Source of the DNA: Octopus sinensis
Taxonomy: Eukaryota
Direction of reading: 5' to 3'
Assembly: GCF_006345805.1 (NCBI RefSeq)
Contig: NC_043005.1
Coordinates: forward strand, 109,492,001-109,556,000
Length of the DNA stretch: 64,000 nt
In this document: piece after piece, positions 12,205 to 25,335 of the stretch
How the letters are laid out: each line of letters starts with the position of its first letter
Position numbering within the stretch: position 1 is the first letter of the stretch
Program-made: the position numbers and the translations under genes
The notes under the pieces: model-generated
What the model was told of the DNA's origin: nothing
Seen by the model: the letters and a program-made list of their open reading frames with translations, nothing else
Databases searched by the model: none

Positions 12205-12770
12205 ATGATATTGGGCAAAACATAATATAATATAGTTGATATTTTTGATTGCACTTTGAGTGTTTAGGAACCACATTCTTTGATTTCATTAATAGGTTTC
12301 TTGCTAGTATCTCATGCAGCTAATTAAAGACGTGAAAATTTTTTTCTGTACTACTACATCTAGCAATGACACATTCCATGCTGTGGAACTGACATCGAGC
12401 TAAATGGACTTAACCATTAATAGTTTTATGTCTTGAACACAGAGAAGCTGGAGTAGTGACAAAATGTAACCTGAGATTTTATGTTAGAAACTACAAGTTG
12501 AATTATATCGAAATATAAAGACAAAACATTTTAAAGAAACTGTATTGAGTTTCATAATGATTAGTAACACAACATCATATACACCCATAAAATTTAAATA
12601 GAGTATACTTTACTTTTTAATACATATATGCATATATATGTATATATGCATATTTATGCACATACATATATATATACACACAGATACATATATATATATA
12701 TATATTATATATATATAATATATATATATATCCATATATATATATATATTATATATATATATATATAATA

Positions 12771-12806
<36 letters not shown>

Positions 12807-12937
12807 TATGCATGCTCAAATTTGTGTATATATGTGTATGGATGTAACTATATATTATGTGTGTACATATATACATATATATTTTTGTATATGTATGTAT
12901 CAATATCTGTAGTTATCTATCTGTATGTGTGTGTATG

Positions 12938-13004
<67 letters not shown>

Positions 13005-13930
13005 ATATGTGTGTGTGTGTATGGGGGGGGGTATACATAACTGATGCAATTGCTAAGATATTACTTTCAGATGAATAATACCCTCCCACACCATTCCTAA
13101 CTCTGCACCACACCACAAAAGTAATGTACATAAAAGCAGATGCACAGTAGCACACATGCATACTTATATATATATATATATATATATGTGCATGTATTTC
13201 TGTCTTTAAAAAAATATATATATATACTGCTATATAGCATTACAGTTTAAATTAGTGGTAGAGCAGAGAAATGTTATTCTAAGAGACATTGGGAATTTTA
13301 TGAAACAAAACTCGCCAAAAAAATAATAATTTCTTTATTCTAATAGAAATAAATGTTTTATGAAACACAATACTACTTATTTATTTTTATTCCTGCTAAT
13401 AAATAAACATATTCGAAAGATAAATGGATTTATTCCAAGTTAACCTTACCATGTAACAAGTTGAATTTTATTGCTTTTCAATATTTTATTGCTGTTCTAT
13501 ACAACTTAATACGAGATACTTTTATTACATTTGATTTAATAATATTTCGAGTAGACAACTCCTAATCCTCTCCATCTACTTGTTTTGTATTACTTTTTTA
13601 AAATGCATATTGAAAAATGCTGTTTCTTTTACATATAGGATTCATTTTATTTGTATTATACATGCACACACTTATATATAAACACAAACACATTTTATAT
13701 ACTATATATATTTTTTATTTATACACATGCATGCACAAACACATATATGCATACATATATGTGTACATGTTATATATGTGTGTGCCTCACTCTCTCTCTC
13801 TCTCTCTCTATATATATTATATATATATATATATATATCTGTATACATACATGCTTGTATATAGGTACAAATAACTACGTACATATACATGAAGCATATA
13901 TATGTATCTATATAACCATGCAGCTTGTAT

Positions 13931-13984
<54 letters not shown>

Positions 13985-14358
13985 ATTTACACACAAACAC
14001 ACATATATATATGTGTAAATGTCTATATACATACATATGCATATAGATATATAAACATACATACATATATACACATATATGTATGAATATATATATAATA
14101 TATATACATTATATATATATATAATATATATAAAAATAAGTATCACTTATATTATAATATATGTGGCCTGTTAGCAATTAAAATCTAAAGCAAATTAATT
14201 ACAAGGACAAAATAGTCTCGGCATTGCTAGAAATAAGAGTAAAAACGACTCAAATAGCCACACAAAGCACTAAATTTATGAGTTGAAAAGAAGCGCAGGA
14301 GTAAGAAAAAGTACCTTTTTATGGTGAGATAAACTCACAAAATGAAGTAAGCAGATAC

Positions 14359-14416
14359 ATCCATATCATGTGATTTCGAACTGTGATGATTTTAATCTTA
14401 GTTCTCATCAGTGGAT
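14359..14416 (-). ncRNA. Type I hammerhead ribozyme, canonical core intact
   Basis: Minus strand reads ATCCA CTGATGA GAACT-17nt-AGTTC GAAA TCA CA TGA T A TGGAT. This gives a 5-bp stem I, a 5-bp stem II closed by G-C, stem III, and an AUA cleavage triplet. Confidence 0.8.
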
Positions 14417-14804
14417 TTTACTGATACTCCAAGCTAAAAGGGTATAGTTTACTGCTGCAGGATAGATACGATCAACAAAAAACTACTCCGTTGTGAGAGA
14501 TAAATATTTTCGCATACACATAATTTAAAAAAGAGCTACTAATTATTCCATGCTACAGAGATACAAAAATTTGTCAGAGTTATATAATATGATGTGTCTT
14601 TAAGCAATCCTTCAGTCACATTGTAAACCGTTGGTCCAACTTTAGAGCAACAATTCCAAAGGATTGCTTGGAGACACACAGCATGTTATTTAGTCTACCA
14701 AATTATTGTATCTCTACAGCATGAAGCAATTATTTGGTCTTTTTCATATTCTGTGTATATTAAATGATATATATATATTAGGAAGGGCATCCAGCTGTAG
14801 AAAC

Positions 14805-15105
14805 CATGCCAAACCTTGGGCTGACCAAAGCCTTGTAAGTGGATTTGGTAGACGGAAACTGAAAGAAACCCGTCGTATATATGTGTGTGTGCTTGTGTGT
14901 CTGTGTTTGTCCCCCACCAGCATCAATTGACAGCTGATGCTGGAGTGTTTACGTCCCCCGTAACTTAGCGATTCAGCAAAAAATGACTGATAGAATAAGT
15001 ACTAAGCTTACAAGGAATAAGTCCTAGGGTTGATTTGCTCGACTAAAGGCTATGCTCCAGCATGGCCGCAGACAAATGACTGAAACAAGTAAAAGAGTAA
15101 AAGAG
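14805..15105 (+). mobile_element. SINE family A, 5'-truncated, preceded by a short RTE UTR piece
   Basis: Body and tail match the other family A copies. Confidence 0.75.
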
Positions 15106-15693
15106 TATATATATACATATATATATATATGTGCACACACACATAGTAACATACATTAAGATACATACACAACACATTTTGAGATGCATATACACACACA
15201 CATATATATATATATATATAATCTATAAAGTTTTTGATGTAGACGACACATGGAAAATAGATGTGATATAACAATGATGATGTTGATAATGATGATGATG
15301 GAAATGATGACGACAATGATGGATGGGTCCTCTCTAGTACAGAACTTCACCATATATGTCCTTCAGACCAATTTTGAGGATGTGTTTCTTAGTTTTTTTC
15401 TTTTTTTTTATCTCTCCCTAGTAGTTGGATCACCTGACTCTTCTTTACCCTATTCTCACCTGCTTTACGCATCACTTCTCATCAGCACACCCTTCTTTCT
15501 TGCACATTACATTTGATTTCTCTTATTACCAGCTTTTCCTTCAACTTATTCCTGTTTTGTTGCACAATTACAGTAACATTATAAATCCAACGAAGTACAT
15601 TCAGCTCATTTCTTTCCATTATTCCCTTACCATCTACATTCAATGCCCATGTTTTGCCACTTTGTAAAAATCACACTCCATGCATATATATAT

Positions 15694-16100
15694 TTCTTTA
15701 TTGCCCACAAGGGGCTAAACACAGAGAGGACAAACAAGGACAGACAAATGGATTAAGTCGATTACATCGACCCCAGTGCGTAACTGGTACTTAATTTATC
15801 GACCTCAAAAGGATGAAATGCAAAGTTGACCTTGGCAGAATTTGAACTCAGAACGTAACGACAAACAAAATACCAATTTCTTTATTGCCCACAAGGGACT
15901 AAACACAGAGGAGACAAACATGGACAAACAGATTAAGTTGATTACATTGACCCCAGTGCATAACTGGTACTTATTTAATCGATCCCAAAAGGATGAAAGG
16001 CAAAGTTGACCTCGGCAGAATTTGAATTCAGAGCATAACGGCAGACAAAATACTGCTAAGCATTTCACCCGGTGTGCTAACGTGTCTGCCAGCTCACCAC
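15694..16100 (-). mobile_element. SINE family B head-to-tail dimer
   Basis: 15694-15875 and 15876-16100 are tandem copies; the first lacks the head. Confidence 0.8.
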
Positions 16101-16197
16101 CTTATGTGTATGTGTATATAATCATCATATAAATTCTCTCATCCAAAAGTAAATACTCTTTTGAACTTTTCCCAGCCAGTTTCTTATTCTGGTCACT

Positions 16198-16540
16198 TTT
16201 TTGGGACCCCCTTCGGTCATGACTGACCGTGGGTTTGCACCTAGAAAGTTACCCTCCGAGGCACAAGTCCGGGCGAGTTTGTTTATGGAAGACCAGCGGT
16301 CGCCCATGCATACCAGCCTCCCCTCTCCACGCCACCAGTGTCATCCAAGGGAAAGGCAAAGGGGCCGATACAGCTTGGCACCTGTGACGTTGCAACTCAT
16401 TTCTACAGCAGAGTAAACTGGAGCAACATGAAATAAAGTGTCTTGCTCAAGAACACAACACACAGCCTGGTCCTGGATTTGAACTCACAACCTCACGATC
16501 GTAAGGTCAACGCTCTAACCATTGAGCCATGCGCCTTCAC
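16198..16540 (-). mobile_element. CORE-SINE
   Basis: tRNA head GTGAAGGCGCATGGCTCAATGGTTAG, then CORE-like GTTCTTGAGCAAGACACTTTATTTCATGTTGCTCCAG. Confidence 0.75.
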
Positions 16541-17097
16541 TATTCTGGTTACTATGCTTTTAAAATTATCACCACTCACTGGTAATTAAGTCATCTAGGA
16601 AACAGAACTTATCAACTATTTCTATAGGGCCCTCCAAGAATTTGAAGGAATTTATAGTTTAGGGCAGGTATGGTGGTCTATTTGGAAAATTTGCTTCCAA
16701 CCACAAAGTTTTATGCTTGGTTTCTCTGAATGACATCTTTGGCAAGTGTCTTCTACTATATTTTTGGCCCATCCAAAACCTTGTGAGTGGATTTGACAGA
16801 GGGAAACTGAAAGAAGCATTTTATGTGTATACATAAGCATGCATGTGAGTGTGTTTGTGTGGTACCTTGTTTTGGCATTATGTAACAATTGTAAATGAGT
16901 ATCACTGTCACACAAGCAGTGGCGTTCATTTCTAATATCCATGAAAAGCAAAAATCAATGCTGACCATAGAGAAGCATTATCATTCTCAGAAATAGGTGG
17001 GAGCTGATGAGAGGAAAGGTATTCAACTATGGAAAATCTGCCTCAGCGAATTCCACCTAACTTGGGAAAGTATGGAAAAATGACTGTTAAAACAATG

Positions 17098-17425
17098 TTG
17101 ATGACGACGATGATGACGATGATGATGACGATGATGACGATGATGATGACGACGATGACGATGACAATGATGATGACGACAACGACGACGATGACGATGA
17201 TGATGATGATGATGACAACGACAACGATGACAATGATGATGATGATGATGACAACGACGACGATGACAATGATGATGATGATGATGATGACAACGACGAC
17301 GATGATGATGATGATGACAATGATGATGAGGATGACGACGATGACGATGACAATGATTATTTTTACGACGATGATGACGACGACAGCGATGACGATGACG
17401 ATGATGATGACGATGATGATGATAA
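17098..17425. repeat. (GAT/GAC)n trinucleotide repeat
   Basis: Direct reading. Confidence 0.95.
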
Positions 17426-18661
17426 TGGTGGTGACGGAGGTTCTGTTGCCTCTAGCTACTGTTCCATATGCCATATATGAAGTCCGTCTTGCCTGCCAGG
17501 CTGGTTGTGATCTTGCTGCACCACTTCTGCTTTCGTAGTTTACATTAGACACACACAACGGTTCCTGCATACATTTTTCTGAATACTGACGATGGCCACT
17601 TCCAGAATGGGAGTAAAACACCCCATCCCCCACCACCCCACCACCAACACTATCTTTTATTTATTTATTTTTTTTTTTGACAACAGAAATTTGTTTGCTT
17701 GGCTTATTTCAAGTACTCTTAATTCTAGGTTGTGTTGCCATGTTTAGAATTTCTTCCTTAATTCTTGAAGAGACTTCGCAATATGTCATGAACACATGAA
17801 AGTTTCCATAGACATCTTGCCCTTAAACTCCTAAATTTTTGTCTGAATATCCGTAATAAAAAGATGAGGGTTGAGGACCAAATTCAGAAGAACATCTGCT
17901 ATTTAAATTCCGTACTGAACTCTTTACTAACTCTCACCTTGCTGACAGCACACACATATATACACATACACACACACACACCATCACAAAAATATACACA
18001 CTCATATGCACACACAAATGAACTGACATTCCCATATTTATTATATCTTTCACATACATATTCTTTCTTTTGCTATTATTTACAATTATTGATGTTGTTG
18101 ATCTTTATGCTGTTTTAGTTGTTCGGAATATTGCTGTTATTTCCTTTTCAATTTTCATTTTTATTTCACTTCTTTGTTCTTATTTATATACGATTTTAGA
18201 CTTTTTCACATATTTAATCTTTGAATATTAAATCATTGGTTGTAAATTGAGTAGCTTATGGTAAAAACATTCTCAAAGACTCGTGTTTGCAATGGATAAA
18301 AGATAATCGTGACAGACTGGAGAGGTAAAATTAAATCAAGGTTGAAAGTGAATGTGTTATATATTTTTATTACCATTTTATCAATATTATTTTTGTTAAT
18401 GTTGTTACCATAATCACTTTATTGTTGTTGTTGTTGTTGTTATTATTATTATTTCTATTCCTTTTTTTTTTCATTAACAAGACATCTTTCCCATATAATG
18501 TCTGTGGACATGCTATGTTCAAAGATAAATAGATTAACTGATAAATATAAGGACAAAGAAAATAATATATTATATATATATACATACATGCATACACACA
18601 CATACATGTGCAAATACAAGTGTACACGCACATCTAAATGCCTCTATATATAAATATATGC

Positions 18662-18701
<40 letters not shown>

Positions 18702-18725
18702 ATATATAAGCATATATATATAAGC

Positions 18726-18759
<34 letters not shown>

Positions 18760-18808
18760 ATATATATGTATATATATATATATATGTATGTATATATATA
18801 TATGTATG

Positions 18809-18840
<32 letters not shown>

Positions 18841-19796
18841 ATATAATATATATATATATACATACATATACTCCATATAAAAATATGAGCTTATATAATA
18901 TTTGTATATGCACGTGTATGTGCACATCCACACACACACACACACACACACACATGCACACATACATACATACATGCATATACCAATTTATTTATTTTGT
19001 GTCTTACTTGTTTCAGTCATTAGACAGTGGCCAGGCTGGGGCACTTCTTTGAAGAATTTTAATTGAATAAATTGACAACAGCATTTTACGTTTTGCTAAA
19101 CTCACTACTTATGATATTGATCTCTATTTGCCAAAGAGTTAAGTTACTGGGCAGTCGACAAATTAACACCAATTGTCAAGCAGTGATGAGGGACAAATGC
19201 AAGCACAAAGATACACATGATACAAACACACACATACATGCACATACACACATACACACTCACACACTCACAGACAGATAGACAAACAGATAGATAGACA
19301 GACAGACAGATGGACAGACTGATAGATAGACAGACAGATAGATCAATCGATAGATAGACAGATAGATAAATAGATCGATAGATAGATAGACAGACAGATA
19401 GATAGATAGATAGATCGATAGATAGATAGATAGATAAATAGATAGATGCAGATAGATTGATGGATGGATGAATTAGTTACAGGATTCATTAGAATCAAAG
19501 TGCATCAACACATAGGATACCAAAACTAGATAAGTATCATAGCATAGAGTCCACAGGGGGTTAAAACTACCACAAGGTATCATATTCGGTAGTAAACCAC
19601 AGGTATGTAGATATGTAAGTACCAGAATCAATTTAAACTGCAGATCTGATTCAGGGCTCATCCCACCTAAAAAACGAAGAACACAAATAAGGTTTAAAAT
19701 TTAGTACACCTGTTTTGGTAGAATTTTATTGATGTATTCATAGATTACATCATAGCATAAAGCCATCATCTTCAGGTAAAATTTTAAACAAGTATG

Positions 19797-20323
19797 AACA
19801 GGTGTAGGAGTGGCTGTGTGGTAAGTAGCTTGCTTACGAACCACATGGTTCCAGGTTCAGTCCCACTGCGTGGCAAGTGTCTTCTACTATAGCCTCGGGC
19901 TAACCAAAGCCTTGTGAGTGGATTTGGTAGGCGGAAACTGAAAGAAGCAAGTAGCTCGCTTACCAACCACATGGTTCTGGGTTCAGTCCTACTGTGTGAC
20001 AACTTGGGCAAGCATCTTCTGCTATAGCCTCGAGCCAACCAAAGCTTTGTGAGTGGATTTGGTAGACAAAAACTGAAAGAAGCCCATCGTTTATATGTGT
20101 GTGTGTGGGTGTGTATGTTTGTGTTTGCTCCCCAACCATTGTTTGACAACCGATGTTGGTGTGTTTATGTCCCCATAACTTAGAAATTTGGCAAAAGAGA
20201 CTGATAGAATAAGTAGTAGGCTTACAAAGAATAAGTCCTGGGATTGGTTTGTTTGACTAAAGGTGGTGCTCCAGCTTGGCCGTAGTCAAATGACTAAAAC
20301 AAGTAGAAGAGTAAAAGAGTAAA
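19797..20323 (+). mobile_element. SINE family A with duplicated head region
   Basis: Head and CORE segment occur twice (about 19797-19945 and from 19946) before the tail. Confidence 0.8.
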
Positions 20324-20329
20324 GATCTC

Positions 20330-20830
20330 TAAAATTGTCAAGAAGGCTGCTGAGGGTGTTTTGGCATCACTCAGCAAGACCTTTGTCAGCCATTCTCCAG
20401 GTATCTATTTAAAGCTGTATATGGCTATGTTTTGGCCACACTTGGAATTTGCATCACCAGTCTGGAACCGTTATCTTGCTCAGAACATTGACCTCCTGGA
20501 AACTGTTTCTGAGATGTGCCACCAAGCGAACACCCTCCATCGGGCATCTACCATACTCTGAACATCTTGCTTCCCTGAGGTAGATACATTGAAGCTCCGA
20601 CGCCTGGCAACTGATTTAGTAAACACCCACAAAATTATTAACCATTATGCCTACAACTACCTTGAACACCTTTTTGAGCGCCATGTGTTTAACGCACATG
20701 GGCATGCTACAAAGTCAGAAAACAGCACAGCTCCCTTGACTTTTGGAAACATTTTTTTTTCACACTCAGAGTTGCTGAAACATGGAACAAACTACTTGCA
20801 TCAGTTGTTAGTTGCCAAGATATTGCATCC
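20330..20830 (+). mobile_element. CR1/L2-group LINE reverse transcriptase C-terminal fragment
   Basis: LYMAMFWPHLEFASPVWNRYLAQNIDLLETV and KLRRLATDLVNTHKII match the LYxxxVRPHLEYASxVW...RRRxxDLIxxYKI pattern. Confidence 0.75.
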
Positions 20831-20889
20831 TTTAAAACCTTTATGCTTCCTGAAATTCACCAACACTACACCTGATATTTCCACCTCCA

Positions 20890-21478
20890 TGTGCATCATC
20901 ATTGTTCGTCCGTGGTCGAGACAATGGAATTTACTATGTTACGCCAGACTTCACGGTCCATCATAGCATTACGGAGGTCCCATTGCTGGATGCCTGTATC
21001 CCTGGAGATTACATCTGGGTGGGAGAGTGTGCGCCCTCTGGTATTGCGAGTAGATGGCTTCCAGAGGAGAAGAGTAGAAATTGCCTCGTTTTCAGCTCTA
21101 CAACAATGTCCAGCAAACTGGACTCTCCTACCTTTCACAAGAGATGATACAGGTGGTAGTTTCCCATATATTTGCATTTTGGTTGGATGGCACTTCCACG
21201 AGAGATTTTGAGCTCTTATAAGGAGGCGAGTGTAGGTTCCATCCAACCGCCTCTCAAGCTTCTTTGATAACGTCCAGGTTTCTGAGCCATATAGTAAAAT
21301 TGGTTCGACTGTGGCTTTGAGATTTCAAGTTTGAAGTCTCTACTTAGATTTTATGACCAGATCTTAGGCATATCATTACAGGCTGACCAGGCCATACCCT
21401 TTCTAGTTAGAAAATCTTTTTCAGATTATGATATGTATAACCCAAGATATTTGTAATCAGAAACCATATGTATATCAT
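20890..21478 (-). mobile_element. RTE-clade LINE, 5'-truncated (second RTE family)
   Basis: DYKYLG...GMAWSACN...ATVEPILLYGSETWTLSKKLERRLDGTYTRLL...RRVQFAGHC...DREVWR, ending in a short GAT tail. Confidence 0.85.
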
Positions 21479-21608
21479 ATATGTCATGATATACATATGG
21501 TTTCTGATTACAAATTACTTTGCTGACTTATATTCATAATTCTATGTACTATACATGCACCTTTGATGAGTCGTAGTGCACCTGAGTACTCTACACAATC
21601 ATTTCATT

Positions 21609-21945
21609 ATTGTTACTTCTGCCTTAGTGAAGGCAGATGTATTCTTTTCAGTCGTGTTTGTTTGTTTGTCTGTCTGGGAACAAGATATCTCAAGAACCAT
21701 TGGATGAATTCAGATGAAACTTTCAAAGATATTTGGCCTCATAACTGGCACAAACTGATTAAATTTTGGGATCGATTTGGTACCGAACAAGGATTCTGGA
21801 TTATTTTTCCTGTTTTTTAACTTAATTTTTGAGAGCAGTCAAGTTTATTTCAGATATTCTCATTTTAAAAATCATCTCTGTCTAATCGTTGAGAGGACGT
21901 TGGTGTTGCCTTGGCAGAGGTTTGCCCTCTATGAGTGCTTTTGTT
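21609..21945 (+). mobile_element. HINE-like Helentron element, family 2
   Basis: 5' TACTTCTGCCTTAGTGAAGGCAGATGTA palindrome, TTTG/TCTG repeats, and 3' CCTTGGCAGAGGTTTGCCCTCTATGAGTGC subterminal repeat with stem-loop. Confidence 0.6.
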
Positions 21946-22306
21946 TTAATACTGAACTCAAGAAGACCTATGCTCAACAGCAAAATCATTACAGTTGCTC
22001 CCCACTAACAAAGCTGATTGACATGCAGGAGTTCTGTACTGATGCCATATAAAAGGTACTTGTGCTGGTAACACATAAAAGTTCTACGTTATAAGCACCC
22101 AGCACACTTTATAAAGTTGTTGGCATCAGGAAGAGCATCCAGCCATAGAAGCCATGCTAAATAAGAGTGGAATCTGGTGCAATTCTCCAGCTTGCCAGTT
22201 CTAGTCAAGCTGTCCAACCCATGGACAACAGACATTAAATTATGCCGATGATGGTGATGATGATGATAATGATGATGAATACTAAATATGTAGATTGAAA
22301 GTATGC

Positions 22307-22344
<38 letters not shown>

Positions 22345-23212
22345 ATATAATGAATAATGAGCATCATTAGCCTTCTTGGATTTTATAGAATTGCTTTAAC
22401 CTTTCTAAGATTTGAACACTGAGTCTGCATGTATGTACCTACAAAACAAGTAGAAAATAAACTAGTCTCATACTATATAGTTCCTCTAAAAATTGCTGTT
22501 ATTGCTACAGTCAACATTAGCTTGACTATCTCTCCTAACATCACATCCAACATCACAACCACTACCACAACCACCACTACCATCATCATCATCATCATCA
22601 TTATCATCATATCATGTCAAATAACAACACAGACATCAGATCACTGCTACCACCACCACCACCACCACCATCATCATCAACATATGATGATGATGATGAC
22701 TGGTATATAATTATTAACCACAATCACATCACAACTTCTACTTGAGTTAAAACCCAACCACATCAATTGCACCACTCCCACTGACCACCACCCCTCACAC
22801 ACACACACGCACAACTCAACGCTATTATTACACCGCACTCCTGTTTTCACCCTTCCTCCTTCATGACCACGGGACCATTTACTTTCTTCATTATATTGAA
22901 TTACAATACTTATATTTGATCAAACAAATATATGTAAATACATCCATCCCTTAACACATACACACACATATAAGTGTATATAAATATGTATATGTATATA
23001 TACACACATGTATATATATATATACACACACACATACACAGACAAACTATTTATATATAAACATGTACATGCACACTTATAGAGTTATATATATATATAC
23101 ACACACATATATATATATATATACATATATATACACAAACATATATATATACATATATATGTATATATGTATATATATATACATATATATGTATATATAT
23201 ATATACATATAC

Positions 23213-23246
<34 letters not shown>

Positions 23247-23324
23247 TACATATATATGTATATATATATATACATTACATGTATATATATATATACATAT
23301 AATGTATATATATATATATAACAT

Positions 23325-23380
<56 letters not shown>

Positions 23381-23559
23381 GTATATGTATATTTATCTAT
23401 ATATATATATATATATATAACACACACAACACTCGCACACACAAACACAATAATTCATTGCTTGACAAATACATACACATATACTAAATATACATACATG
23501 CCAACAAACACACACACATATACAAATGCATGCATGCATACACACACATGCACACACAT

Positions 23560-23611
<52 letters not shown>

Positions 23612-24341
23612 TCATGTTTTGAGTACTATTTTTCCTGTCTACATCACCAAACCTACACACAAAAACACACACCCACATGTACATATATGTATATACGTAT
23701 GTCCTCTACTGTTTTTAATTATATGTATGTACGTACATATGTATGTATGCATATATAAACACACCTAAACACAAACAAATACACACATTTACACACATGT
23801 ATGTCATACAGCTTTAAAAATCTTCAAAGGAGACAAGTAGATGAATTTCTCCAGAGAAATGTATATGATGCAGACTATTCTAATAAAGAACAATTTTCGC
23901 TACTATTTCTATAAGTTCCTTGGAAAATTTCTGCCAACTTTGATATTTGGAATCGGTTTCTTCAACTAAAGAACCTTTCACAGAAGACCTATAGTTACAA
24001 GAATTGAGGCAAGAATTTCACAAAATACATTTTTCCTAATCAATACTTACTGAAGTTTTCAAGCTGAAGAAGCACTTAAACTTTCATACAGAACAGTTTG
24101 TGCAATTAACAGAGTGATGTATGGATATAATAGGTCAACTACGTCTTAGTCTATGTATATGTATGGATGTGTGTATGTATGTATGTATGTATGTATGTAT
24201 GTATGTATGTATGTATATGTATATATAAGTATATATATTATATTAATATATATAATATATATATATTATATATATATATATAATATATATATATATATAT
24301 AACACATATATGCATATATATATATATACACACATATATGC

Positions 24342-24376
<35 letters not shown>

Positions 24377-24490
24377 TGCATATATAATATGTATATATAT
24401 ACACATAATGAATATATAACAATAATATAATTTAATTTATAAAATAAATAATATATATATATATATATGAACATTATATATATATATAAA

Positions 24491-24524
<34 letters not shown>

Positions 24525-24633
24525 CAGACACATATGTTCATCATACATACATGTATTATATGTAAGCTTGTTTATGCTTCTGTGTGTGTTTACATATATA
24601 TATATGTACATATATATATATATATATATATGT

Positions 24634-24685
<52 letters not shown>

Positions 24686-25297
24686 ACATACATATATATA
24701 ATGTGTGTGTTTGTTTTGGTGTGTGGATTATAGTTAAGTATTTCTGTATTTATCTGTCTCTCTCTTTCCCCTTCACTCTTTCTCTCTTTCATGCTCTCTG
24801 TTTCTTTCTCTTTTTCACTCCTTCTCCCTTCAATCCATATGTATGTGCATATGTGTGTCTTTAAGTGTGTGTGTGTTTACGTGTTTGTGTATGTTTGTGT
24901 GTGTGTGTGTGTACATGCTCATATGTGTGTGTGTGTGCAAGTGCATGTGTATGTATGTTTGTATATTTGTGCAATGAACAGACAACAATGGTTATGAAAT
25001 ATTCAACACAAGGAGAATTGTATAGTGATTCACAAAATGTATAAAACTCAACAAATTATATTATGCTATATTATTCTTCCTTTTTCTGATTCCTCAGAGA
25101 CAATATTCTGTAGATTTGAAAAAACATTCTTAAAAGTAAAATAGAATCCCTGAATTCGTTCAGCCTCTGTCATCTCTGCTTGTTTGGTTCCTGCTGCCTT
25201 CTCAGAAGGAATCAGTTATCTTGTAAATATAAATAAGCATTCTGGATTTTGAGTTCCAATATACATACATAAATACATACATACGTACATACATACT

Positions 25298-25333
<36 letters not shown>

Positions 25334-25335
25334 TA

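Noticed and set aside
17029-17636. Poly-Asp, poly-Met/Thr, poly-Ser and poly-Ile ORFs (possible acidic biomineral protein)
   Set aside because: The Asp frame has an upstream stop and no usable start or acceptor. GAC to GAT/AAC variation is explained by CpG decay. The open stretch of about 70 codons on the minus strand has no recognisable motif.
23810-24140. Coding-like composition suggesting another pseudogene
   Set aside because: Stops in all frames and no recognisable motif; would need tblastx.
22950-24760. Many YI/HT/CV-rich ORFs here and at 12600-14100, 30200-30760, 42400-42820, 43970-44620 and 55000-55330
   Set aside because: Translations of (TA)n, (CA)n and (TG)n microsatellites.
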